Assembly (NCBI GenBank): GCA_951406725.2
Contig: OX597823.1
Location: forward strand, 32,612,001-32,676,000
Origin: Octopus vulgaris
Lineage: Eukaryota
Length of the DNA: 64,000 nucleotides
Reading direction: 5' to 3'
Position numbers and translations under genes: made by a program. Below the pieces are notes generated by a model. That model ran no database searches, had not been told where the DNA came from, and was given only the letters and a program-made list of their open reading frames with translations. Shown one piece after another: positions 12,073 to 24,634 of the stretch. Each line of letters opens with the position of its first letter. Position 1 is the first letter of the stretch.

Positions 12073-12276
12073 TTACGGAGATGTACTCGCATAGCAAGTA
12101 ATTTGTTCTGAGATCGTGTGCTGAAACGAAAACAATTGCAGCGTGGGAGGTGTTTATAAGCCATTTAAGAAACACACAAAAGCCGTTCGATTCACTCCAA
12201 CATTTAAGTTTAATTTGTCAAAATATTTTCGTCGCTAAAATCCGCGACCTGTTCACTGACAAAGTCCGTGCTGCAT
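12073..12276 (-). mobile_element. About 205-bp non-coding cassette (probable PLE solo terminal repeat), copy 1
   Basis: Same sequence and same ends as 40828-41031; both copies embedded in (TA)n. Confidence 0.8.
12214..12263 (-). ncRNA. Variant type I hammerhead fold with G3:C8 core
   Basis: UUUGUCA-GUGAACA-G-GUCGC-GGAUUUUA-GCGAC-GAA-AAUAUU-U-UGACAAA: 7-bp stem I, 5-bp stem II, palindromic stem III. Confidence 0.7.
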
Positions 12277-12296
12277 CTCTATATATTTATATATAT

Positions 12297-12334
<38 letters not shown>

Positions 12335-12463
12335 TTTATATATATATTTATATATATATATTTTTTTATATATATATTTATATATATATATTTTTATATA
12401 TATATTTATATATATATATTTTTATATATATATTTATATATATATATTTTTATATATATATTT

Positions 12464-12508
<45 letters not shown>

Positions 12509-12743
12509 TATATATTATATATATATATATATACATATTTTTATATATATACATATTTTTATATATATATATTTTTATATATTATATATATATATATATA
12601 TACATATTTTTATATATATACATATTTTTATATATATATATTTTTATATATATATATTTTTATATATTTATATATATATATATACATATTTTTATATATA
12701 TATATTTTATATATATATATTTTTATATATATATTTATATATA

Positions 12744-12994
<251 letters not shown>

Positions 12995-13229
12995 CCGACT
13001 CGTCGGACATTTAAAGATAACCACTCACATAAAAATAGCCGCGGCCACAGTCACCTGCGGTTCCCTAGACAGGAAACCACCTCTTCTTCCTCTTTTTTTA
13101 GCTATAATGAATCTAGCAAAAGAACTGGAAAAAAACATCCGAGCTATCACCCACCGCCATCCACCACTATTACCCCACTACACATGCCATTAAAAAGCAA
13201 TCAAATAAACAAATCACCAAAACAATTAA

Positions 13230-13765
13230 AACCATCCACTCTCGCTCTCAACATTTCTGCTTAATGCCCAAGGCATCAGCCCTTCCACCAATACACAAAA
13301 ATGGAAGATAAGATTCCTGGAGGACTGGGTCGAGGCCCATCCAAACCACATCCCTTTCTTCGTCCTCACTGAAACCCATCTTAGTGACCTCCACTTGGAA
13401 GCCGAGGTGAAAGTTAAAAATTTCAAAACCATTCGTGCTGATCGTGTTGGCAGAAGAAAGGGTGGGACTGCCATTTATGTCCATGATTCATTCTCAACAG
13501 AAGCCATGAACATATTTTCGAATGGATACTGCGAAGCAGTCGCTGTATTCAGTCAAACCAACAACTTAACAGTAGTTGGGCTCTACAGACCACCCCAAAC
13601 GCCCCTACCATGCTTCAAGGAATGCCTCAACAGCATAAAGTGTTTCATTCAGCAGTGTCAACCTGACAACATTTTAATGATGGGAGATTTCAACCTTCCC
13701 GGGGTTGACTGGTCTACAAACAGTCTGCCGCCAGGTTCTTCTCTCTCAACCCCTGACAGGAGGCA
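13230..13765 (+). CDS. APE-type endonuclease domain of ORF2 (separated from neighbours by frameshifts)
   Basis: LLNAQGI, VLTETHL, RADR..KGGTAIYV, GLYRPP, MGDFNLP in one open frame from 13230; no ATG at its start. Confidence 0.85.
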
Positions 13766-16201
13766 GTGGAATCGCTTCTTGACTTCATGGATGACTTCTT
13801 CTTGTCCCAACTGGTACTCGAACCAACGAGATGTCACAAAAACGTCTTAGACTTAATTTTCAGCAATCACACTGATACTATCCACAATATTGCAGTGGAG
13901 AAAACCCTACTCTCCGACCATGACATGGTTCTCTGTGATCTGAGATTTCACTGGCCAAAATGCAAAACAAATGTCATCCCTCCTGTTCATCCATTTGACA
14001 CTATGGATTTCCACAATGCAAACTGGGAAGCGATCAATAATGATCTTGCACAAGTCGATTGGTCCTTCACGCACACATACACACCCACTAACATCAAAAA
14101 GTCCTGGCAGTCACTTGTAGACACCATCACGAACATATGTGCAAGACACACCCCATTAAGATCTGCAAACAAATCTAAGTGTCGAATCCCTAGAAATAGA
14201 AAATCTCTCATAAGGAAAATTAAAAGAATCAACAAAAAGATCAACGTGCTGAAATACTGTCAACAGCAACACACCAACCTGACTGCCATCTCGTCGCTAG
14301 AGATTAAAAAACATAAACTCCAAAACAACATGATGTCTATCATCAATAGTCAGCGAAGAGCTGAAGAGGCCTGGGCCATTGAGAAGATCAAACTCAATCC
14401 CAAAGTGTTCTTTTCATTTGCAAAAAAACACAGAGTCACTGGTTCTACTGTTGGCCCTCTGATTGATGAAAATGGTATTCTTCAAGACAATGCCAAAACC
14501 ATGGGAGAAATATTGCAGAAACAATATTGCTCTGTTTTCAGCAATCCTGATATGACTGATCTGGGCTGTATCAGTGATGTTACTCCCCAATACACTTTAT
14601 CGGACATAACATTTGGCGCTCCTGATGTCTTAGCAGCAATAAAGGAAATGAAGCATAATTCAGCAGTAGGTCCCGATAGGTTCCCTGCTTGTGTCTTGAA
14701 GATGTGTCAAAACCAACTTGCACCCCCTCTAGCCAATCTGTGGCGGAACTCATTGGATGCTGGATATATACCAGAAGACCTTCTATCCCAGTCTGTTGTC
14801 CCAGTTTTCAAAAAAGGAAACAAATCGCTTGCCGTGAATTACCGTCCAATCTCACTCACCTCTCATATCATCAAGGTATTTGAGAGGGTGCTGAGATCGC
14901 GTATGACTCACTTCCTTGAGAGTCATAATATGCTGAACCCCAACCAGCATGGATTCCGTAATGGGAGAGATTGCCTGACGCAGCTACTGCATCATTTTGA
15001 TGACATTTTGAGAGCCTTGGGAGAGGGTTCCAACACTGATGTCATCTACCTTGATTTCAGCAAGGCCTTTGACAGGGTTGATCATAAGATCCTTCTGAGA
15101 AAGCTGTCCAATATTGGTGTCACTGGAAAGCTGCTGCAATGGATCAAGTGCTTCCTCTCTAACAGAACCCAACATGTTGTAGTCGAAGGAGTCAAATCCA
15201 GCCCAGCCAAAGTCAGCAGTGGTGTCCCACAAGGCACTGTGTTGGGCCCACTTCTCTTCATCATCTACATAAATGATATTACTGACACCATCAAACACAG
15301 CAACATCAGAACCTTCGCTGATGATTCCAAGCTCCAGAAGGTCATCAATGGCGTGGATGACCGAATAAACCTTCAGTCAGACCTACTAGCTGTTGTCCAA
15401 TGGGCGGAAAAGAATAACATGTTGCTAAATAAAGACAAATTCGAACTGATCCACTTTGGAAGGGAGGACGCTCTGAAACTCCCATACTCTCTTCCTTCTG
15501 GAGAAATTCTCATGGCATCCAACAACATCAGAGACCTGGGAGTAACAGTGGACAACAACATAAGCTGGGCTACACATATAAGCAGCAAAGTTGACATGGC
15601 CCGCAGAATGTGTTCCTGGATTCTCAGAACCTTCCAGTCGAGAGATTCCCACGCTATTATCCTTCTCTTCTCCACTTTTGCCCGACCCCACCTTGAATAC
15701 TGCTGTCCACTGTGGTCTCCCTACACAAAACAAAATATTATGAGAATTGAAGCTCCCCAAAGGTCAATCACAAAAAAGATAGATGGCATGTCAGACCTTG
15801 ACTACTGGGGTAGACTAGAGAAGCTGAATTTGTATTCACTCCAACGACGCCGTGAACGCTACATTATCTGTATGATGTGGAAAATATTCCATCAGCACTG
15901 TCCGAATGATGTTGGCATCACCTTCAAAATGCATCCAAGGCTTGGACCACGTGCCATCCGTCCACAACAAAAATCTAAATCGCATCACATAACGACAATA
16001 CGGCACAACTATTTCACCTCAATTGGACCCGCTCTCTTCAACATTACACCAGGACACGTCAAAAAAGAAACTGACCACACAAAATTCAAGAAGTCTTTGG
16101 ACAAATTCCTTCAAACAGTACCGGACAAACCATCCACACCCGGATATGTCTCCGCAAACAATAACTCTCTGCTCGAATGGGCCTTGGTGCCCAAATCCTG
16201 A
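13766..16201 (+). CDS. ORF2 remainder: endonuclease C-terminus + reverse transcriptase (811 aa open)
   Basis: LDLIFSN, SDH, NYRPISLTS, QHGFR, DFSKAFD, GVPQGTVLGPLLF, FADD, RDLGV, RPHLEYC. The listed start is a frameshift artefact. Confidence 0.93.
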   Translation: MESLLDFMDDFFLSQLVLEPTRCHKNVLDLIFSNHTDTIHNIAVEKTLLSDHDMVLCDLRFHWPKCKTNVIPPVHPFDTMDFHNANWEAINNDLAQVDWSFTHTYTPTNIKKSWQSLVDTITNICARHTPLRSANKSKCRIPRNRKSLIRKIKRINKKINVLKYCQQQHTNLTAISSLEIKKHKLQNNMMSIINSQRRAEEAWAIEKIKLNPKVFFSFAKKHRVTGSTVGPLIDENGILQDNAKTMGEILQKQYCSVFSNPDMTDLGCISDVTPQYTLSDITFGAPDVLAAIKEMKHNSAVGPDRFPACVLKMCQNQLAPPLANLWRNSLDAGYIPEDLLSQSVVPVFKKGNKSLAVNYRPISLTSHIIKVFERVLRSRMTHFLESHNMLNPNQHGFRNGRDCLTQLLHHFDDILRALGEGSNTDVIYLDFSKAFDRVDHKILLRKLSNIGVTGKLLQWIKCFLSNRTQHVVVEGVKSSPAKVSSGVPQGTVLGPLLFIIYINDITDTIKHSNIRTFADDSKLQKVINGVDDRINLQSDLLAVVQWAEKNNMLLNKDKFELIHFGREDALKLPYSLPSGEILMASNNIRDLGVTVDNNISWATHISSKVDMARRMCSWILRTFQSRDSHAIILLFSTFARPHLEYCCPLWSPYTKQNIMRIEAPQRSITKKIDGMSDLDYWGRLEKLNLYSLQRRRERYIICMMWKIFHQHCPNDVGITFKMHPRLGPRAIRPQQKSKSHHITTIRHNYFTSIGPALFNITPGHVKKETDHTKFKKSLDKFLQTVPDKPSTPGYVSANNNSLLEWALVPKS

Positions 16202-16295
16202 ACTGAAAGACTTCGCCAGGTGGTGCTATTAAGTTAGACATGGCCTGGGCCAATACTGGCCAAAAACCTTTCTAAGTTATTCTAAGTTATATATA

Positions 16296-16551
<256 letters not shown>

Positions 16552-16568
16552 TATATATATTTTATATA

Positions 16569-16599
<31 letters not shown>

Positions 16600-16630
16600 T
16601 TTTATATATATATATATTTATATATATATA

Positions 16631-16670
<40 letters not shown>

Positions 16671-16691
16671 ATATATATATATATATTATAT

Positions 16692-16723
<32 letters not shown>

Positions 16724-16724
16724 A

Positions 16725-17005
<281 letters not shown>

Positions 17006-17027
17006 TTTTTTTTTTTTTTTTTTTTTG

Positions 17028-17242
17028 TACTTGTTTCAGTCATTTTGACTGCGGCCATGCTGGAGCACCGCCTTTAGAGTGGTGAAAGAGTACAGCAGGG
17101 ATCACCACCTCCTGCCGGAGCCTCGTGGAGCTTTTAGGTGTTTTTTCGCTCAATAAACACACACAACGCCCGGTCTGGGAATCGAAACCGAGATCCTCCG
17201 ACCGCAAGTCCGCTGCCCTAACCACTAGGCCATTGCGCCTCC
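17028..17242 (-). mobile_element. Young tRNA-derived SINE with CR1-like tail
   Basis: Minus strand GGAGGCGCAATGGCCTAGTGG (A box), GGTTTCGATTCC (B box), tail GGCGGTGCTCCAGCATGGCCGCAGTCAAAATGACTGAAACAAG then poly(A); CpG-rich. Confidence 0.9.
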
Positions 17243-17436
17243 ACGTATATATTTTTTATATATATTTATACGTATATTTTTTTATATATATTTATACGTA
17301 TATTTTTTTATATATATTTATACGTATATATTTTTTATATATATTTATACGTATATTTTTTTATATATATTTATACGTATATATTTTTTATATATATTTA
17401 TACGTATATTTTTTTATATATATATATACGTATATA

Positions 17437-17832
17437 GGCGCAGGAGTGGCTGTGTGGTAAGTAGCTTGCTAACCAACCACATGGTTCCGGGTTCAGTCCC
17501 ACTGTGTGGCATCTTGGGCAAGTGTCTTCTGCTATGGCCCCGGGCCAACCAATGCCTTACGAGTGGATTTGGTAGACGGAAACTGAAAAAAGCCTGTCGT
17601 ATATATGTATATATATATGTGTGTGGGTTTGTGTGTCTGTGTTTGTCCCCTAGCATTGCTTGACAACCGATACTGGTGTGTTTACGTCCCCGTCACTTAG
17701 CGGTTCGGCAAAAGAGACCGATAGAATAAGTACTGGGCTTGCAGAGATTAAGTCCCTGGGTCGATTTGCTCACTGGGGGCGGTGCTCCAGCATGGCCGCA
17801 GTCAAATGACTGAAACAAGTAAAGGAGTAAGA
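17437..17832 (+). mobile_element. Full-length CORE-type tRNA SINE (octopus OR-like)
   Basis: GGCGCAGGAGTGGCTGTGTGG..GGTTCAGTCCC..CTTGGGCAAGTG, internal microsatellite, tail GGCGGTGCTCCAGCATGGCCGCAGTCAAATGACTGAAACAAG. Confidence 0.9.
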
Positions 17833-18264
17833 GTATATATTTTTTATATATATTTATACATATATATTTTTTATATATATTTATACGTATATATTTTTAT
17901 ATATATATTTATACGTATATATTTTTTATATATATATTTATACGTATATATTTTTTATATATATATTTATACGTATATATTTTTTATATATATATTTATA
18001 CATATATATTTTTTATATACATATTTATACGTATATATTTTTTATATATATATTTATACGTATATATTTTTTATATATATTTATACGTATATATTTTTTT
18101 ATATATTTATACATATATATTTTTTTATATATTTATACGTATATATTTTTTATATGTATTTATATATATATATTTTATATATTTATACGTATATATTTTT
18201 TATATGTATTTATATATATATTTTTTATATATTTATACATATATATATTTTTTATATATTTATA

Positions 18265-18624
18265 CTCTCTTTTACCTGTTTCAGTCATTTGACTGCGGCC
18301 ATGCTGGAGCACCGCCTTTAGTCGAGCAAATCGACCCCGGGACTTATTCTTTGTAAGCCCAGTACTTATTCTATCGGTCTCTTTTGCCGAACCGCTAAGT
18401 GACGGGGACGTAAGTATACCAGCCAGCATCGGTTGTCAAGCAATGTTAGGGGGACAAACACAGACACACATACACACACATACATATATATATATACGAC
18501 AGGCTTCTTTCAGTTTCCGTCTACCAAATCCACTCACAAGGCATTGGTCGGCCCGGGGCTATAGCAGAAGACACTTGCCCAAGATGCCACGCAGTGGGAC
18601 TGAACCCGGAACCATGTGGTTGGT
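18265..18624 (-). mobile_element. Same SINE family as 17437-17832, inverted and slightly 5'-truncated
   Basis: Closely matching reverse complement of 17437-17832. Confidence 0.9.
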
Positions 18625-18801
18625 TATACATATATTTTTTATATATATTTATGTATTTATACTTATTTTTATATATATATATTCATGCATATTTTGATAT
18701 ATTTATATATATGTATTTATATATATATATGTATTTATATATATATATATATATGTATTTATATATATATATATATATGTATTTATATATATATATGTAT
18801 T

Positions 18802-18934
<133 letters not shown>

Positions 18935-18983
18935 TTATATATGTATATATATATGTATTTATATATGTATATATATATGTATT

Positions 18984-19053
<70 letters not shown>

Positions 19054-19095
19054 TATATATATATATATATGTATTTATATATATATATATGTATT

Positions 19096-19130
<35 letters not shown>

Positions 19131-19134
19131 GTAT

Positions 19135-19247
<113 letters not shown>

Positions 19248-19639
19248 TTATGTTTATATATATTTATATAGATATACATATATATTTGTATATATATTTA
19301 CATATATATAAAAAATACAAAATGGGACAAGAATGCAAAATATCCGGTCAGCCAAGTGATACAAAAAGGGACAACAAACCATCCAGTTAAAAATATAAAT
19401 ATTTTTGATAACATTATTACATAAAATATGGTTTATTATGTATGTCAGTCAAGTTTATGGTGACAGGAAGGGCATCCAACCGTAGAAATCAAACTAAAAT
19501 GAAAGAGATGATTGCTAGTCTATGAAGGTAGTGTCAGCTTGGACAGTGGATGAAAACCAATGATGGTGATGTGTACATGTGAAACATGAGGAAAATGACA
19601 ATATAAGGAACAGTACTTGTAGAGCCCTTTTTGGATGGA

Positions 19640-20295
19640 TTATGTGTTTCTGGTGTGTGTGTGTGTTTGGATGCATGTGTATCTGGAGTGTGTTCACATT
19701 TATCTGTTATGTGTTTGTGTATGCAAACGTGTATCTAGTGTGTGTACATGTGCGCATGCATCTGGTGTTTGCACATGTGTATTCGATGTGTGTGCATGTG
19801 CATATGTGTATCTGGTGTGTGTGTACATGCATGCCTGTGTATTTAGTGTGTGTGTGTGCATGCACACATGTGTATTTGGTGTGTGTTCATGCATGTGTGT
19901 ATGCACTTATTTGGTGTGTGTGTGTCTTTGTGCATGCATGCATGTGTATCTGGTGTGTGTGTGCGTGCACATGTCTGTGTATCTAGTGTGTGTGTGTCTG
20001 CACTTGTATATCTGGTGTGTTGTGTATGTGCGTGCGCATGCCTATTTGGTGTGTGTGTGCATGCATGTGTATCTAGTGTGTGTGTGTGTGAGTGCATGCA
20101 TGCATGTCTGTCTGGTGTGCATGTGTGTGCATGCATACATGTATGAGATGTATGTACATGTACATATATCTTGTGTGTGTGTGATTGTGCATGTATGTCT
20201 ACCTGGTGTTGGTACATGTATATCTGTGAGTATGTGTGTCTGGAGTGTGTCTCTGTCTTGTATATTTGTGCACACACATCTGCTGTGTGTGTTTA
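19640..20295. repeat. Degenerate 25-30-bp minisatellite derived from (TG)n
   Basis: Recurrent unit GTGTATCTGGTGTGTGTGTGCATGCAT. Confidence 0.85.
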
Positions 20296-20939
20296 TTTGT
20301 TGATATATGAAAATATCATTAGTCCATTCTTTACGATACCTGCTTCCCCCCTCTCCTCTCACTTCTATCTTATAAATATCAAATCAATTATTTTAATATT
20401 TCAAAGAAGTCAGTCAGTATAATCATATGATTTTTTTCCTCTCTTCTTCATCATATCAACCTTCCCATCCATTCTGTGTAATGCAATCTGCCCCTTTCTT
20501 TCCATTATTTATTTTACAAATTTTTAAGGCAACCGGTTGACTTTTGATTCAACAACCCCCTTTTATTGTCCCTATTCCCCTTCCTTTCTTCCCTACCACT
20601 TCACATGTCTATTTTGTTTTGCTCTGTTAAATGTCAGCATCCTGTTGGTAGGGTTACTTAATTGTTGTTGTTTAGACCCTGGTCACCCCTTATTAAACAG
20701 ACCTATAGGACCTTGGACTTGGTGATTATGATGTTGAGGTAATAACAGCAAAGGGTGGGGTGGAAAAGGACACAAGCAGAGATGTAGTTGAATTCCTGTT
20801 GCCGTAATTACTCGTCCTCACTTTGTCAACTTAATAAGGTCAGGATATGTGCAGTGTAACACTGGACTTGATACAGTAACATTAAATTGCCCAGCTGTAA
20901 CTTCTGTCACAGAAACTTTTCTTATTAGTATTTATTATT

Positions 20940-21144
20940 ATCATCATTTAAAGTCCTCTTTTCTATGTTTGCATGGGTCATGTGGAATTTATTGAGGCAA
21001 GTTTTCTCTAGCTTGATGCCCTTCCTGATGGCAGCCCTCGTTTCCAAGCAAGGTAATATTCCCCATAGAAGACAAGAAACAAACTACATCACTTGTATGA
21101 TGGTGATGCTCATTTACAGTTATTGCATGATGTGAAGACAAGTG

Positions 21145-21177
<33 letters not shown>

Positions 21178-21352
21178 GCATACACATATATGCAACAGGC
21201 TTCCTTTAGTTTCTATCAACTGAAGTTTTGCACAAGGCTTTGATCAACCTGAGGTCAATAGTAGAAGACATTTACCTGTCCTAGGTGCCAAGCTGCAAGG
21301 TTGAACCCAAAACCTCATTGTTGGGAAGCAAGCTTCTGAACCACACAGTCAT
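20940..21352 (-). mobile_element. CORE-type SINE with RTE-like tail
   Basis: Same family as 3832-4270 in reverse orientation. Confidence 0.75.
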
Positions 21353-21764
21353 GGCAATGCCTTTTAGCAGGTTTCTAATTTGTTCTGTGACATTGTAATG
21401 TTGATGCTTTTTTTCAACAGAAGTAGCTTCGACCAGAAATTAAAACCTGTTTGTATATATGGCTCCCAGACATTGTTCCACAATGTCCTGTAATAATGAT
21501 TCTCAACTCAAGTATAACACCTCAGATTTTGTAAGGATTGCGTAATAATGTATTGTGATATTTATACCTTTTTCTGTTTTATTTTTGCCTTTTGTAACAC
21601 ACCAACTTAGAATGAATTTCACTATCTTTCAACCACCATCCTCCTTAAAAATCTGACAGAAGTAATGACTCACCACCTCTCCCTTGTCATTTATGTATTT
21701 TAATACAATGTATGAAGATTACACAATATCATTTCTTTCAATATTACCTGACACTTTCTAAAGA

Positions 21765-21957
21765 CAGCAAGCTGGCAGTATGCCAGGCAAAATGCTTAGC
21801 GGTATTTCTTCTGTCTTTATGTTCTGAGTTCAAATTCCACCAAGGTTGACTTTGCCTTTCATCCTTTCAGGGTCAATAAATTAAGTACCAGTTGTGTACT
21901 GGGGTCGATCTAATCTCCCCCAAAATTATGGGTTTTGTGCCTTGAGTAGAAAAGAAT
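21765..21957 (+). mobile_element. Meta-like SINE
   Basis: GCAAGCTGGCAG..AAATGCTTAGCGG..GAGTTCAAATTCC..GCCTTTCATCCTTTC; an inverted 3' half lies at about 22444-22575. Confidence 0.8.
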
Positions 21958-23820
21958 ATTACCTGACATTTTCTGCTTGTGTCAAGCACTTACTATATAC
22001 AGCGACAAACCCAGTAATACTGAATTAAATGTCCAACAGTTTCTCTGTGTTGGAACTTTGCCATGGTTGACAAAATAAGTAGAATAATGAAGAACTGAGA
22101 AGTAATGGGTCAATTGTACCTGCATCCTCCCCTAAAATTTGTGGCCTTATACATCTTAGAATTTGTTATAATTTTTTTTAATGATTTAGTCATAAGAGGA
22201 AGGGCAGTTCCCAGCAGCTGCCACAACCCTTATCCTGACCTCAGATTGGTGTGAGGAAGTTCTCTTCAAGCATTGTCTGCATACTTGCAGCACAGCATAT
22301 TCTGCCGTTGTAACTGTAGGATATCATTAAAGATGATATCCTACAAACTCCTTGGTTTGAAAGCAAATTTTACTTGGATTAACTCTGCCTCTCATCTTCT
22401 GAACCAACAGAATATGTAACAGTAATATTCTCATATAGTTTATATTCTCTTCTACTCTAGGCACAAGGCCCGAAATTTTGGGGGAGGGGGCCAGTCGATT
22501 AGATCGACTCCAGTACACAACTGGTACTTAATTTATGTACTCCAAAAGGATGAAAGGCAAAGTCGACCTCGGTGGGTCATATAGTTTATACTGACTGTTC
22601 CTCTTCATGAAAATACTGACCCCTACATTCTGAGTTCAAATTCCAGATAATCTGGCTTTGCCTCTCATTCCTTTAAGCTACATCAGTCAGTTACTGGGGT
22701 TGATATAATAAAACAAAACGACGATACTTGCGCCTCTGTCCCTCATTCTTTGCCGTTGTGACAATGAAATAGCTTGACCTCAAGCCAATATTCCTCATTG
22801 ATAACTGAGAGATTGGTTTTTACCCTCCAGATCATGAGTTTAAATAGTGCTGCTGTCATTGTGGTGTCCCTGGATAAGACAGATAAATGGATGTTTAGAC
22901 ATTAGAAGTAACCAACCCGTCATTTGAGTTAGGGGCCTTGTGTGAAATCTCAGTAGGAACTGCTTATACTAATATCTAGAGAAATGCTATGAACACCAAG
23001 TCCACATCTCTATTTTGAGTTTTATTTGTCATCATTATTATTGTCATCATCATCAGTAATGAGTCAGTGCATGGAGCTGCTATACTCAAACTATTAGAAA
23101 TAGCAGCCAAATCATCCTTAAGGGAAGAACATGTTAGACAGTGTAATTGGGGTTATACAAAAAGGCAGGATGCTCAGAACTAGGAAGCCTTTAATAACTC
23201 TTAGTCTCCAGACCTTTAGCGAGATAACAAAACCACCATCAGTAATTCTATTACTACCACTACCACTCTTCATTGTCATCACAGCACTACCCCACCCACC
23301 CACAGTCGACACCGTACCACCCACAAACGACACCACCACCTCAGCCATTGACACTGTACTATCATTATCAGCAACACCACCACCACAAATTAGCTCATGT
23401 CTCCACACCATTGCTAGACCTCCACCGCCATTTTCACACTACTTCCATCGTCATGAACACTGCACCACCATCATCGATAAGTAATATTGATCAGTTTAGC
23501 TGCTTTTGATGAAGAAAACGTATTTATTAAGGCAGAGGGGGAAAGGACGAGGAATGGTGGTAAACCTAGCCACTTCGATCTGTCTTCAAAATCAAGATCA
23601 ATAAAATAAGTACCAGTAATATCAGCGGCCGTGTGAATCATTGAATAATTGACTAAATCTGCTTCTCTAGGAAGGCATGCAGTTGTAGCAGAATTATTAC
23701 ATCACGGCAAAATTTCTGTATATTCAGTTAGAACTGCTTTACTCTATGTTGTTAATAATAAAACAAAACAATGACACTTGCGCCTCTGTCCTTCCTTCTT
23801 TGCCGTTGTAACAATGAAAG

Positions 23821-23856
<36 letters not shown>

Positions 23857-24176
23857 TGTCAGGTACTGGGGTCGATGTAATCGACTGACCCCTCCCCTCT
23901 AAAATTGCTGGCCTTATTCCAAAATTTGAAACCATTATTATTATTAGTGGTGAAAGGGAGTTGTAGGCTGGAGGAGGTGCTGCTGTTTTCCAGTAAATTT
24001 GTTGAGATGTCGGTAGCAGGGATGTCTGGCGGGTATGGCATGTGTAAATGTACCTGTTTTCAGGTTGCGCCCCTAAGCCATGAAACAGAGTTGCGAAATG
24101 GCAGTTACACTTAATAGTTTGGATAATTGTGGATCTGTAGGGATCCCTTGATGATTGCATTTCGCTTAAGACTCTC

Positions 24177-24265
<89 letters not shown>

Positions 24266-24634
24266 AATGTTTCTGTATTGCTGTATTGTTGGTTCTGTAG
24301 CAAATCGTTTGTTTCTGTTACTGGAAATAATAAAACACAATAAATAAAATGTCAATCATAATATATTGGATCGATTTAATCGATTAAAGTCCAACCAACT
24401 AATATGTAGTCTTGCACCAAGATAAGCAGTCGTCATTAGTAAGGTGGACTGATATAAGTGGTAGAGCGTCTTCCAGTATTTAGTTTGTGTTCTTTTTGCG
24501 CTTTCAGTAGAAATTCTGTCGGGGTTTAGTTTGTGTTCCATCCTTGCAAAGCTGGACAGAATAGGTATCAAGGGTCGAATAGACATTCATCCTACCATAT
24601 AAAAAAAATAAATAACCCCTTGCTTTGTGGTTGT

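Noticed and set aside
13987-15760. Minus-strand ORFs within the LINE
   Set aside because: Antisense shadows of ORF2.
17160-17242. tRNA gene
   Set aside because: A and B boxes are present but there is no acceptor stem, and it continues into a SINE body and tail.
23118-23509. Thr/Pro/His-rich ORFs
   Set aside because: Degenerate (CAC)/(CAT) trinucleotide low-complexity sequence.
24325-24350. Clustered AATAAA polyadenylation signals
   Set aside because: Common by chance in AT-rich DNA and no upstream exon was identified.
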